Positions 49,773 to 59,700 of a DNA stretch of 64,000 nt are shown here, one piece after another. The DNA is from Bacteroidota bacterium. GTDB lineage: Bacteria > Bacteroidota > Bacteroidia > Chitinophagales > LD1. Both the position numbers and the translations under genes were made by a program. The notes beneath the pieces were generated by a model. The model did no database searches, was not told where the DNA came from, and worked only from the letters and a program-made list of their open reading frames with translations. The DNA is taken from NCBI GenBank assembly GCA_947479455.1, contig CANJZE010000002.1, forward strand, positions 29,458 to 93,457, written 5' to 3'. The first letter of the stretch is position 1; each line of letters opens with the position of its first letter.

Positions 49773-50956
49773 GCAAAATTGTAGTTACCGGCATTGGCAT
49801 CATCAGCCCAATCGGAAACTCTGTAGCCGAAAATTGTGCGGCATTGCAAGCAAGTAAGTGTGGTCTTTCATCGCTCGAATTATTTGCTACCCGCTATGCC
49901 ACGCTGCTCAAGTTTGGCGAAATAAAAATTACCAACGAAGATTTGAAACAGCAACTGGGTGTAACCACGAAAGGGGTTACGCGCACTACGCTGCTTGCGC
50001 TTCATGCATTTGTGCAGGCGATTGAAGACAGAGGATTGAGCGCAGAAGAATTGCAAAGCAGCGATACCGCTTTGATTAACGGCAACACGATTGGCGGCAT
50101 GAGCGAAAGCGAAAACCTTTACCTCGATGCCAACAAAAATGAGGTGGGCTCGGAATATATTTCGAGTTATAACCTGGGCACGGTGAACATGTATATTCAG
50201 CAGCGTTACAAAATTGGCGGTGTGGTGAACACGTTCAACACCGCCTGTTCTTCGAGCGCGAATGCGATTGCTTATGGTGCGCGGCTGATTAAAAACGGTT
50301 TTGCGAAACGCGCTATTGTTGGCGGAACCGATTCGCTGGCGAAGTTTACCATCAACGGTTTTAATTCATTGGGCATTCTTTCTTCTACGCTCTGCAAACC
50401 TTTTGATGCCGAGCGCTCGGGTTTGAACTTAGGTGAAGGTGCTGCGTTTTTGGTTTTGGAAAAAGAAGAAGATGCTAAAGGAAAAAAGATTTATGCCGAA
50501 GTAAGTGGCTGGGGAAATACGAATGATGCGTTTCACCCATCCTCGTTGTCGGATAATGGTGATGGTCCGTATTTAGCTATGAAGGAAGCGTTGGAAGTGG
50601 CGAAACTGAAACCTGAACAAATTGGTTTTGTAAACGCACACGGTACCGCCACCGAGAACAACGATGAGAAAGAAAGTGTTGCCATGAAACGTTTGTTTGA
50701 AAAGGTTCCTGCGTTTGCGAGTACGAAATCAAACACAGGTCACACGCTTGGAGCAGCAGGAGCAATTGAAGCGGTGTATTGCATTTTGAATTTAATGCAT
50801 CAGGAAGTTTATGCGAATCTGCGTTTTGAAAAAACGATTGAAACAACGGGCTTAACTCCTGTTACGGAATACACGAAAATGAATCTGGAACATGTGATGA
50901 GTAATTCGTTTGGCTTTGGAGGAAATTGTTCATCACTAATTTTCTCAAAAACATAA
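49769..50956 (+). CDS. Beta-ketoacyl-ACP synthase (aryl-polyene/flexirubin type)
   Basis: TACSSS, GEGAA, NAHGTAT..ND, GHTLGAAG, SNSFGFGG. Confidence 0.9.
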   Translation: MSKIVVTGIGIISPIGNSVAENCAALQASKCGLSSLELFATRYATLLKFGEIKITNEDLKQQLGVTTKGVTRTTLLALHAFVQAIEDRGLSAEELQSSDTALINGNTIGGMSESENLYLDANKNEVGSEYISSYNLGTVNMYIQQRYKIGGVVNTFNTACSSSANAIAYGARLIKNGFAKRAIVGGTDSLAKFTINGFNSLGILSSTLCKPFDAERSGLNLGEGAAFLVLEKEEDAKGKKIYAEVSGWGNTNDAFHPSSLSDNGDGPYLAMKEALEVAKLKPEQIGFVNAHGTATENNDEKESVAMKRLFEKVPAFASTKSNTGHTLGAAGAIEAVYCILNLMHQEVYANLRFEKTIETTGLTPVTEYTKMNLEHVMSNSFGFGGNCSSLIFSKT

Positions 50957-51042
50957 TGGAAAATGGAATGATGGAATGGTGGAATAGTGGATGTGAAATG
51001 CAGTTTTGTATTCCAATCATCCATCATTCCATTTATCCAATT
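50955..51042. repeat. Octamer arrays (AATG(A/G)TGG-like) in inverted orientation
   Basis: aatgatgg aatggtgg aatagtgg ... attccaatcatccatcattccatttatcc. Confidence 0.7.
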
Positions 51043-51103
51043 CGCTACTCAAAATTAATTTGCGGTACTAATCACTTATAACTAAACATTACTCAGAAAG
51101 CCT

Positions 51104-52132
51104 GTGTTTTACATCCATCAATCTTCCTGCATCAGCCATCAGCCAACATTCAACGATGTTGACCTCGAAGATTTAAAGCCGATAGAAAACAATCTGGTGC
51201 CTGCCATTGAGCCGAAGTATGAGAATGTTCCGTTGGGGCAATTGAGAAGAATGGGTCGTGCGTTGCGCATGGGTGTAGGTACCTGCATGAAATTGCTTGC
51301 TACAAATAAGGTGAACGGATTACTGATTGGAACAGCTAACGGAGGAATAGAAGACAGTATTATGTTCCTTAATCAGATTCATGATTATGAAGAAGGAAGA
51401 TTAACGCCTACTGCTTTTGTGCAAAGCACTTACAATGCCATTGCAGGAATGGTGGGAATGATTACGGTGAATCACGGTTACAATGCCACGCACGTTCACC
51501 GCGGACATGCATTTGAAAATGTAGTACTGGATGCTGCGATGTTGCTGAAAGAAAATCCGGACCACAGTTATTTGATTGGCGGAGTGGATGAAATATCGGT
51601 GAAGAACCACCGCTTGGTTTCACTCGCGGGTTGGTATCGTCATGATGTTGTTTCAAATGCTGATTTATACACAGGCAATGCAACAGGAACACTACCGGGT
51701 GAAGGCGCGGCAATGTTTATCGTGAGTAACAAAAGCGAAGGCGCCAAAGCAAAACTTACAGGTTTGAAAATGCTCAACAGCTTAGATGAAAACTTTGTGA
51801 AAGAGCAGTTGAATTTATTTCTGAAAGAAAATCCGGGAGAAGTTGATTTGTTCCTGCAAGGCGAAAACGGAGATAATCGTTTGTTGAAATATTACACCGC
51901 TGCTGAAAGTTTAATGGGAGAAGAAACAACGGTGGCAAGATTCAAACACGCGTTTGGTGAGTTTCAAACTGTGTCAGCACTTGCAGTATGGCTTTCGACT
52001 TATGTTTTGCAAAACCAAAAATTGCCGCAGCACTTTATCAAGAAAAACTCAGCCACAGCGTTTAACCGCATTTTGATTTACAATAATTATCAGGGTTTGC
52101 AGCATAGTTTTATGTTGGTGGAGAGGGTATGA
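51104..52132 (+). CDS. Ketosynthase-like chain-length factor
   Basis: LRRMGR..RMG, PTAFVQSTYNAIAG, GGVDE, GEGA; no catalytic Cys motif; GTG start. Confidence 0.8.
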   Translation: MFYIHQSSCISHQPTFNDVDLEDLKPIENNLVPAIEPKYENVPLGQLRRMGRALRMGVGTCMKLLATNKVNGLLIGTANGGIEDSIMFLNQIHDYEEGRLTPTAFVQSTYNAIAGMVGMITVNHGYNATHVHRGHAFENVVLDAAMLLKENPDHSYLIGGVDEISVKNHRLVSLAGWYRHDVVSNADLYTGNATGTLPGEGAAMFIVSNKSEGAKAKLTGLKMLNSLDENFVKEQLNLFLKENPGEVDLFLQGENGDNRLLKYYTAAESLMGEETTVARFKHAFGEFQTVSALAVWLSTYVLQNQKLPQHFIKKNSATAFNRILIYNNYQGLQHSFMLVERV

Positions 52133-52139
52133 TTTTTAC

Positions 52140-52209
52140 CATTAAGGACATTAAGGGCATTGAGAATACAAATGCAAAAATTTTCTTAGTGTTCTTAATG
52201 TCCTTAATG
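52140..52209. repeat. Nonamer arrays in inverted orientation (CATTAAGGA / TCCTTAATG)
   Basis: cattaagga cattaaggg cattgag ... cttagtgtt cttaatgtc cttaatg, between convergent genes. Confidence 0.7.
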
Positions 52210-52647
52210 TTTAATTTCTTCTTCGGGCTCAAAGAACACTTTCATATTACACGAAGAAATTTTTTCGCTGCCTACAAACACTTTTCCGGCAATAAGTGTA
52301 ACCGAACCAAAAACTTTTCCTTCAATCGTTATTTCGGTAGTCAATTGCTCACCAACATTCGGTAACCGCGAAACCGAAAAGTTTTTTACCTCGCCAATAA
52401 AACCGCGTCTGCTCTTTTTGTTTTCGGTAAAGTCTTCATAACCCATTTTGCAGCCCGCACTTTGCGCCATGTTCTCTAACAGTCCCGCTAACATTAGCTT
52501 ACCGTTTTCGCATAAAACATTATCGGCTTTAAACGTGAACGTGGTGATGCATTTATTCTTCGTCACTTCGTTCAACGAATCAATAAAAACAAAAGGCGGC
52601 TTTTGGGGAATGAGTTGTGTGAGTTGATTTCCGCTGATGGGGAACAT
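52204..52647 (-). CDS. Hot-dog fold 3-hydroxyacyl-ACP dehydratase-like protein
   Basis: LIPQKPPFVFID, GLLENMAQS, GFIGEVKN. Confidence 0.82.
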   Translation of the reverse strand: MFPISGNQLTQLIPQKPPFVFIDSLNEVTKNKCITTFTFKADNVLCENGKLMLAGLLENMAQSAGCKMGYEDFTENKKSRRGFIGEVKNFSVSRLPNVGEQLTTEITIEGKVFGSVTLIAGKVFVGSEKISSCNMKVFFEPEEEIKH

Positions 52648-52669
52648 GAAATGAAATTTCGGCTAAAAT

Positions 52670-52698
52670 AAAAAAAGCCTCCCTGAGGAGGCTTTTTT
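52670..52698 (-). terminator. Intrinsic terminator ending the tRNA array
   Basis: aaaaaaagcctcc-ctga-ggaggctttttt. Confidence 0.8.
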
Positions 52699-52699
52699 G

Positions 52700-52773
52700 T
52701 GACCCCGGTGGGGATCGAACCCACGACCCTCCCGATAAAAAATCGGGATGCTCTACACCTGAGTTACGAAATC
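52700..52773 (-). ncRNA. Full-length tRNA-like element with a rebuilt anticodon arm (TCCCG ATTTTTTAT CGGGA)
   Basis: GATTTCG TA ACTC AGGTGTA GAGC A TCCCG ATTTTTTAT CGGGA GGGTC GTGGG TTCGATC CCCAC CGGGGTC A; intact T arm, acceptor stem with three G-U pairs. Confidence 0.75.
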
Positions 52774-52783
52774 ACTTTTGGGC

Positions 52784-52818
52784 AAAAAATAAGGGCTTCG
52801 CGTATGCGAAACCCTTTG
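52784..52818 (-). terminator. Hairpin plus T tract between tRNA-Lys and the downstream tRNA-like element
   Basis: Minus strand AAGGGTTTCGCATACGCGAAGCCCTTATTTTTT. Confidence 0.55.
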
Positions 52819-52826
52819 TCATTTTG

Positions 52827-52899
52827 TGACCCGGGAGAGGATCGAACTCTCGACCCAATGATTAAGAGTCATTTGCTCTACCAGCTGAGCTACCGAGTC
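52827..52899 (-). tRNA. tRNA-Lys (anticodon CTT)
   Basis: GACTCGG TA GCTC AGCTGGTA GAGC A AATGA CTCTTAA TCATT GGGTC GAGAG TTCGATC CTCTC CCGGGTC A; canonical 73-nt cloverleaf. Confidence 0.96.
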
Positions 52900-52918
52900 A
52901 TTTACTTCTACTTCTTTT

Positions 52919-52986
52919 TAACTCCTCTCGAACCTTCGACCCTCCCGACAAAAGTCGGGATGCTCTACCTGCTGAGCTACAGAGTC
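52919..52986 (-). pseudogene. tRNA-Lys-like element with a rebuilt anticodon arm and deleted T-stem 3' strand
   Basis: GACTCTG TA GCTC AGCAGGTA GAGC A TCCCG ACTTTTGT CGGGA GGGTC GAAGG TTCGA GAGGAGTTA. Confidence 0.75.
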
Positions 52987-53004
52987 GTTTTTAAAAACGA
53001 GGCG

Positions 53005-53035
53005 CAAACATAAAATCTCTTTCCAAAATTTTCAA
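53005..53035 (-). promoter_or_regulatory. Promoter of the tRNA array (-33 TTG, -7 TATGTTTG)
   Basis: TATGTTTG at 53012-53005; TTG 20 nt further upstream. Confidence 0.65.
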
Positions 53036-53081
53036 TAATAGCTGCTTCGTTGTTTAAAATTTATTTCTTTGAAACCTACTT

Positions 53082-53735
53082 ATGGCTCACGAGCATCATC
53101 ACGACCACTCTCACTATCACATACACGCTAACGAACGCAGCACCCGTATTGTGGTTATTATATCATTCTGCACCATGTTGCTCGAATTGTATTTTGGTTA
53201 CACCGCCAATTCAAAAACGCTGATGATGGATGGCTGGCACATGTTGAGTCATGTGCTCGTGTTATTGCTGGCGTGGAGCGCTTACTTCTATATTCTACGC
53301 CACAAAAATGAAATTACTCACGCTCAACAGCACAAGGTTATTTCGCTCAGCGGTTTTGCCAGTGCGGTAATCATGTTACTTATAACCTTGGGCATGATTT
53401 ACGAATCGGTGAAAGGTTTTTTTGATGTAAAGACCGATGTAACTTTTGAAACTTTATTGGTGGCTGTTATTGCAGTAGTGGTGAATGGCGCAAGTGCTTT
53501 TTTTCTTCATCGCGAAGAAGAAAAAACCGATGTGAATTTACAGGCAGCGTATCTGCATGTGTTGAGTGATGTGGTGTTAAGTGTGTTTGCGATTATCTCT
53601 TTACTCGCTATAAAATATTTCGATTTAAAAATTCTCGATTCAATTCTAGCGCTGTTTGGCGCGCTCGTTATTTTGAAATGGAGCGTAGAGTTGATTCGCA
53701 AAAGCTGGAAAGAAGTACTTGAACTTCGGAATTGA
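53082..53735 (+). CDS. Cation diffusion facilitator (CDF) transporter, short form with His-rich N-terminus
   Basis: HEHHHDHSHYH; ANS..L..DGWHM..H; NLQAAYLHVLSD; about six TM helices; no C-terminal cytosolic domain. Confidence 0.85.
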   Translation: MAHEHHHDHSHYHIHANERSTRIVVIISFCTMLLELYFGYTANSKTLMMDGWHMLSHVLVLLLAWSAYFYILRHKNEITHAQQHKVISLSGFASAVIMLLITLGMIYESVKGFFDVKTDVTFETLLVAVIAVVVNGASAFFLHREEEKTDVNLQAAYLHVLSDVVLSVFAIISLLAIKYFDLKILDSILALFGALVILKWSVELIRKSWKEVLELRN

Positions 53736-53741
53736 AAACAC

Positions 53742-56700
53742 TTATCTGAGAATCGTCAAACTTCCTTTATATATTTTTTCGTTGTGACCATCTAAGAAAA
53801 CTGCTTTCATTACATACACACAAACTGAAGGTTGCAACAATTCTCCTTTGTAAACACCATCCCATTTGAAATCAGTTTCTTCCGATTCGAAAACTTTCTC
53901 GCCCCAACGGTCAAAAATCATGATGTTGAATTTCTTGATTCCTGCTTTGTTCCCGAACAACTCGAAGTAATCGTTGTTGCCATCACCATTCGGTGTGAAA
54001 GCATTTGGAGTAAAGATGGTGTGATCTTCTATCACATTTACAGTAATAGTATCCTGCGCTTCGCAGCCATTGATGTCCATTCCTACAACGGTATATAAAG
54101 TTGTTTGCCCTGGTTGAACCGTTACATCATTGCAAGTAGTGCAGTTCATTCCGAAAACGGGAGTCCAAGAATAAGTTGTTTGTGGTGAACCAGTACTTGT
54201 TACATGTAGTTCTGAAGTTGCACCAAGTGTAATAGTTCCACCACCGCTTGCATTTACGTTGAAGGAATTCAAATTGATAATTGTAAACGAAGTATCGAAC
54301 GGACAACCATTTGCATCTTGAATTGTTACACCGTAAATTCCTGAATGAACATCGCTCAAATCTTCTGTAGTTTCTCCGTTGCTCCAATGAAAGGTGTAAG
54401 GAGCCGAGCCATTGTTCACTGTTACATTGATTCCTCCTGTGGCATTAGTGCAAGGCAATTGGTCAGCAGTGCCGTTCACACTCAATTGAGGAAGTGTGTT
54501 GATGAGCGCGTTAGCAATTTGTGTGCAACCATTCGCATCTGTAATTGTCAAGCGATAAGTTCCTGCAATTACGTTTGCTAAATCTTCGGTGGTTGCTCCG
54601 TTGTTCCAGTGATAGTTGTAAGGAGTAGTTCCACCGTTAATGCTCGCATTCACTGTTCCGTTGTGAGCACCTAAGCATGCCACATCAGTTGCGGTAACTG
54701 CCACACCTAAAAATGCAGGTTGTGAAATTGTAATTGCATTAAGCAAAGCACCGCATCCGTTTGCATCGTTCACAGTAACACCATAAGATCCAGCTACAAG
54801 ATTTGAAATTACAGATGTGCTTGCTGAATTATTCCATTTATAAACGAAAGGAGAAGTTCCGCCTGCTACTACAACCGAAATAGTTCCGTTAGAGGATGCA
54901 TTGCAACTTGCATCTGTATGCGTTTCAGATAAAATAAGAGAAGCAGGCATCACTAAATTTTGAGAACCACTCACCACACAACCGTGACTATCGGTTACAC
55001 TTACCGTGTAGGTTCCCGCAGGTAATTGATTTGGATCTTCATCATGCGCGCCTGTATTCCATAAATAATTCATTGGAGGAACACCACCATTTACTGTTGT
55101 GTTTATAGCGCCATTGTTTGCACCATTACAAAGCGGGTCTGTTTTTGCCATAGCTAATTGAAGAGCAGCTGGCTGAATTAAGATGGCAGAACTTGTTGCC
55201 GAACAATTATGTGAATCGTAAACACTAACCGAATAATTTCCTGCAACCACTCCGTTTAAATCTTCACTTGCTCCTCCTCCATTCCAATGATAATTGTAAG
55301 GAGTTGTTCCGCCAGTTGTTGTTACATCTATTGCTCCGTTGCTTCCGCCATTACATAAAACATCTGTTTTTGAATTGCTGATAACAAGAGCAGTTGGCTG
55401 ATTGATTATTGCCGAGCGAACTACCGAACAACTGTTTGCATCGGTTAGTGTGAGCGAATAATTTCCGGCTAAAATATTATTGATACTAACTGTGCTTGCT
55501 GAATTGCTCCACTGATAATTGTAGTTTGTAACTCCACCACTTACAACCGATGAAATACTTCCGTTTGTGTTTCCATTGCAGATAACATCAATTGGCGTAA
55601 GCGTTACTGAAATTGCAGTTGGTTCAGTAATAACAATCGGCTGGCTCACCGCGCAACTGTTTTGGTCGTTAACGGTAATGCTATATGTTCCTGCCGAAAG
55701 AGAAGTTCTGTCTTCTGTATTTCCTCCATCGCTCCATTGATAAACAAAAGGGAATGTTCCGCCCACAATTGAAATATCAATGCTTCCATTGTTCCCACCG
55801 TTACAACTAACATCGGTATGCGTGTTGGTGACTACCACCAGTCCAATTGGCTGAGTAACGTTTACGTTTGCATTTGCAACGCAATTGTTCGCATCATGAA
55901 TAGTTACTGAATAATTTCCTGCAACAATACTTTGAAGATCTTGTGTAGCAGCACCGGTATTCCATAGGTAAACATAAGGGGCAACCGCTCCTGATACAGT
56001 CAAATCAATATTGCCATTGTTTCCGCCATTGCAACTAACGTTGTTGTAGTTCAAACCAATACTGATAGCAGTTGGCTGAGTAACAGCAATTGATTTTACA
56101 ACAGTACAAGAGTTAGCATCGCTTACTGTCACTGAATAATTTCCGGCAAGAATTGCAGCAAGGTCTTCGGTGTTGTAACCATTGCTCCAGTTGTAAGAAT
56201 AATTTCCTGTGCCGCCTGTGGTTGTAATATCTATTGAGCCGGTCATGTTACCGTTGCAAATTGCATTCACATGAGTTTCTGCAATTGCAATTGCTGTTGG
56301 TTGTGTAATTATTTTTGAGAGCGAAGCAGAACAACTATTTGCATCAGTAATTGTTACTGAATAATTTCCAGCTAAAAGATTTGTTCTGTTTTGCGAAATA
56401 ATTCCTGAACCCCAGTTGTAGCTATAAGGAGAAGTTCCTCCGTTTACAGTAAGATTTATAGCTCCTGTGTTTCCACCATTGCACAATACATTTGTTGCTG
56501 ATGCAACCGCTGATAGCGCAAGACTCGGCTGCGTAATAGTTGCTGATGTTGCTACTGTGCACAAATTATTATCGGTAATCGTCACCGGATAATTTCCTGC
56601 TATAAGATTCGTTCTGTTTGCCGAAATAATTCCACCGCCCCAATTGTAAGTATAACCGGGTGTTCCTCCATTCACGCTCAAGCTAATAGCACCGTTGTTT

Positions 56701-59700
56701 CCACCATTACACGGCACATTTGTAACTGAAGTTGTTGTCACAATTTGTGTTGGCTGCGTAATATTTACGTTCACCGCTGTGGTGCAATTATTATAATCAA
56801 CTACCGTAACCGAATAATTTCCTGCCGGAATATTGCTGATGCTTTGCTGACCCGGGCTTCCATTCCATAAAAAAGTATACGGAACCATTCCACCATTTAC
56901 TGTCACTGTGACTGTTCCATTACTTCCACCATAGCACGAAACCTGGCCTGTAACAGTTGTTGCACTTAGTGCAGTTGGCTGACTAATGTTTGCAGATGTT
57001 GCAGCAGCGCAACCGTTTGCATCGGTAACAGTAACTGCATAAGCAGCAGCAACCAGATTCGTTCTGTTTTGCGAAGTAATTCCACCTCCCCAGTTGTATG
57101 TGTATCCAGAAGTTCCACCAATTACATTTAAGTTGATGGCTCCGTTGTTTCCACCGTTGCACGAAACATTTGTTACACCGGTAGAAAGCGAAACTGCATT
57201 GGGTTGTGTTACCGTTGCAGAAGCTGAAGCCGTGCAATTATTTGAATCAGTTGCTACCACGTTATAAATTCCTGCTATGAGATTCGTTCTGTTTTGTGAA
57301 GTAATTCCTCCGCCCCAGTTAAATGCATAAGGAGAAATTCCTCCGCTGATACTTGTTGCAATTGCACCGTTACTTCCACCATTACACGTTGTGGAAGTTA
57401 CAACTGTTGAAACGGAAACCGCAGAAGCAGGTTGAGTAATAGTAGCTGAAGAAGATGCACTGCATCCATTATTATCAGTAACACTTACAATGTAAGTTCC
57501 AGCTGCAATGTTTGTTCTGTTCGGTGTTGTAATTCCTGCGCCCCAATTGTAAGTATAAGGAGAGGTTCCTCCGCTTACAGTTGTTGTAATTGCTCCTGTT
57601 GCTGCTCCGTAGCAAAGAACATTTGTTGCAATCATGGCATCAATACTTAGCGGAGCAGAAGGTTGTGTGATGCTTGCACTTGTTGCAGCAGAACAACCGT
57701 TTTGGTCAGTGGCAGTTACGAAGTAAGAACCACCAAGCATGTTCGTTCTGTTTTGCAAACTGCTTCCATCGCCCCACAGATAAGTGTAAGCAGGTACTCC
57801 ACCACCGGCAGAAATATTTATGGTGCCGTTGTTATTTCCGTAGCAATTCAATGTGCTTGCGCTTACCACATTTACACTAACGGCAGTAGCAGGTTGTGCA
57901 ACAATTGTGGTTTCAGAAACTGAACAAGCATTCGCATCGCTCACCGTCACCGAATAAGTTCCTGCGTTTAACGATGAACGATTGGCGTTCACGTTTCCAT
58001 CGTTCCACAAATAATTGTAAGGAGAATTTCCACCTGTAGTTGATGAAGTAATGCTTCCGTTATTTCCACTAAAACAAGAAATATTTGAAGTCGAAAGTGT
58101 TGTTGAAAGAGTTGAAGGTTGTGTAACGGTGGCTGCAATTGTTGCCGTGCAATTGTTTGCATCGTTTACTGTTACACTGTAATTTCCTGCTGTAAGATTT
58201 GTTCTATTTTGAGAAATAATTCCACCGCCCCAGTTGTACGCATAAGCACCAGTTCCGCCTATTGCGGTTAAATCAATTGCTCCGTTATTTTGTGCATTGC
58301 ACAAAATATTGGTAACCGATGTAACTAAACTGATAGCATTCGGCTGATAAAGTAAAATGCTATTGACACTGCTACAAGCATTTGCATCACTTACCGTTAC
58401 TGTGTAAGTTCCTCCTATTAATCCAGTTCTGTTTTGTGTTGCAATTCCACCGCCCCAATTGTAAGTGTAAGCACCTGTTCCACCTGTTACCGTTAAGTTT
58501 ATTGCTCCGTTGTTTCCACCACTACAAGTAACGTTAGTGTTCGAGTTTGTAACTGTAAGAACTGTTGGTTCAGTAATGGTAGTAGTAAATGTTGCAGAGC
58601 AAGGAGATGCATCCGTAACGGTTACTGAATAATTTCCCGGTGCAAGTGAAGTTCTGTTTTGTGTAATTATTCCTCCGCCCCAGTTAAAAGCATAAGGAGT
58701 TGTTCCGCTTGAAACAGCAAGTGTAATTGAGCCATTGCTTGTTCCGTTGCAAAGAACGTTTGTTACTGTTGGTGCAATTACCGGAGAGTTTTTAATCGTA
58801 ACTACTTTCACTATTGAATCTGCACAGAATCCTCTATACACTACGTGATTTACATTGTAAGTTCCGGCTGAAGGATAAGTGTAAGAAGCAGTTGGTGTGC
58901 TTGCTGTAGCCCCAGCATTTCCAAAATCCCAAAACTGAGAAGTCAATCCATTGCTACCTGTGTGAGTAAAGTTCACTGTTGCATTTGGTGCGCATAAATT
59001 TCCTGTGAATGTAAAGTTGGCGTTGGTGTTATTGCCACTCAATCCAACAAGTACCGAACTACTTATGCTGCAACTATTCGCATCAGTAACGGTTACTGAA
59101 ATATTACCCGGAGCTAAACCATTTTGATTTTGTGAATTCGCTCCTCCATTTGACCAAGCATAATTGTAAGGAGCAGTTCCTGAATTGTTCAACACTGCTG
59201 TTGCTGTTCCTGTTGCATTTGCACAAACACTCGTTCCTGAATTAAGTGTTAGTGTAAGAGTGCTTGGTTGAGTAATTATTGAAGATGAAGTTGCTGTGCA
59301 AAGATTTGCATCGGTAACTGTTACAGTATATGTTCCTACAGAAAGTGAAGTTCTGTTTTGCGTAATTATTCCCCCACCCCAATTGAAACTGTATGCGCCA
59401 GTTCCACCTGTAACAGTTAAAGTAATTGCTCCGTTGTTTCCTCCGTTGCAACTAATGTTGTTTACTACAGGTGAAATGCTGATAGCAGAGGGTTGAATAA
59501 TTGTTGCAGTTGAACTTGCCGAACACAATTTGTTATCGGTTACCGTTACGCTGTATGTTCCTGCTGCAAATGAGGTTCTGTTTTGCGCAGTAATGCCATC
59601 GTTCCACACAAATGTGTAAGGCGATGTTCCTCCGCTTACTGCATTATTTATTGCGCCCGTGTTTGCACTATTGCATAAAATATTTGTTGGTGACAAAACA

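Noticed and set aside
52700-52986. tRNA-like copies as attL/attR scars of an integrated element
   Set aside because: They include 5' halves and altered anticodon arms rather than exact 3'-end duplications, and no integrase is visible in the window
52699-53013. 104-aa plus-strand ORF with internal repeats
   Set aside because: It is the antisense reading of the tRNA and tRNA-like array
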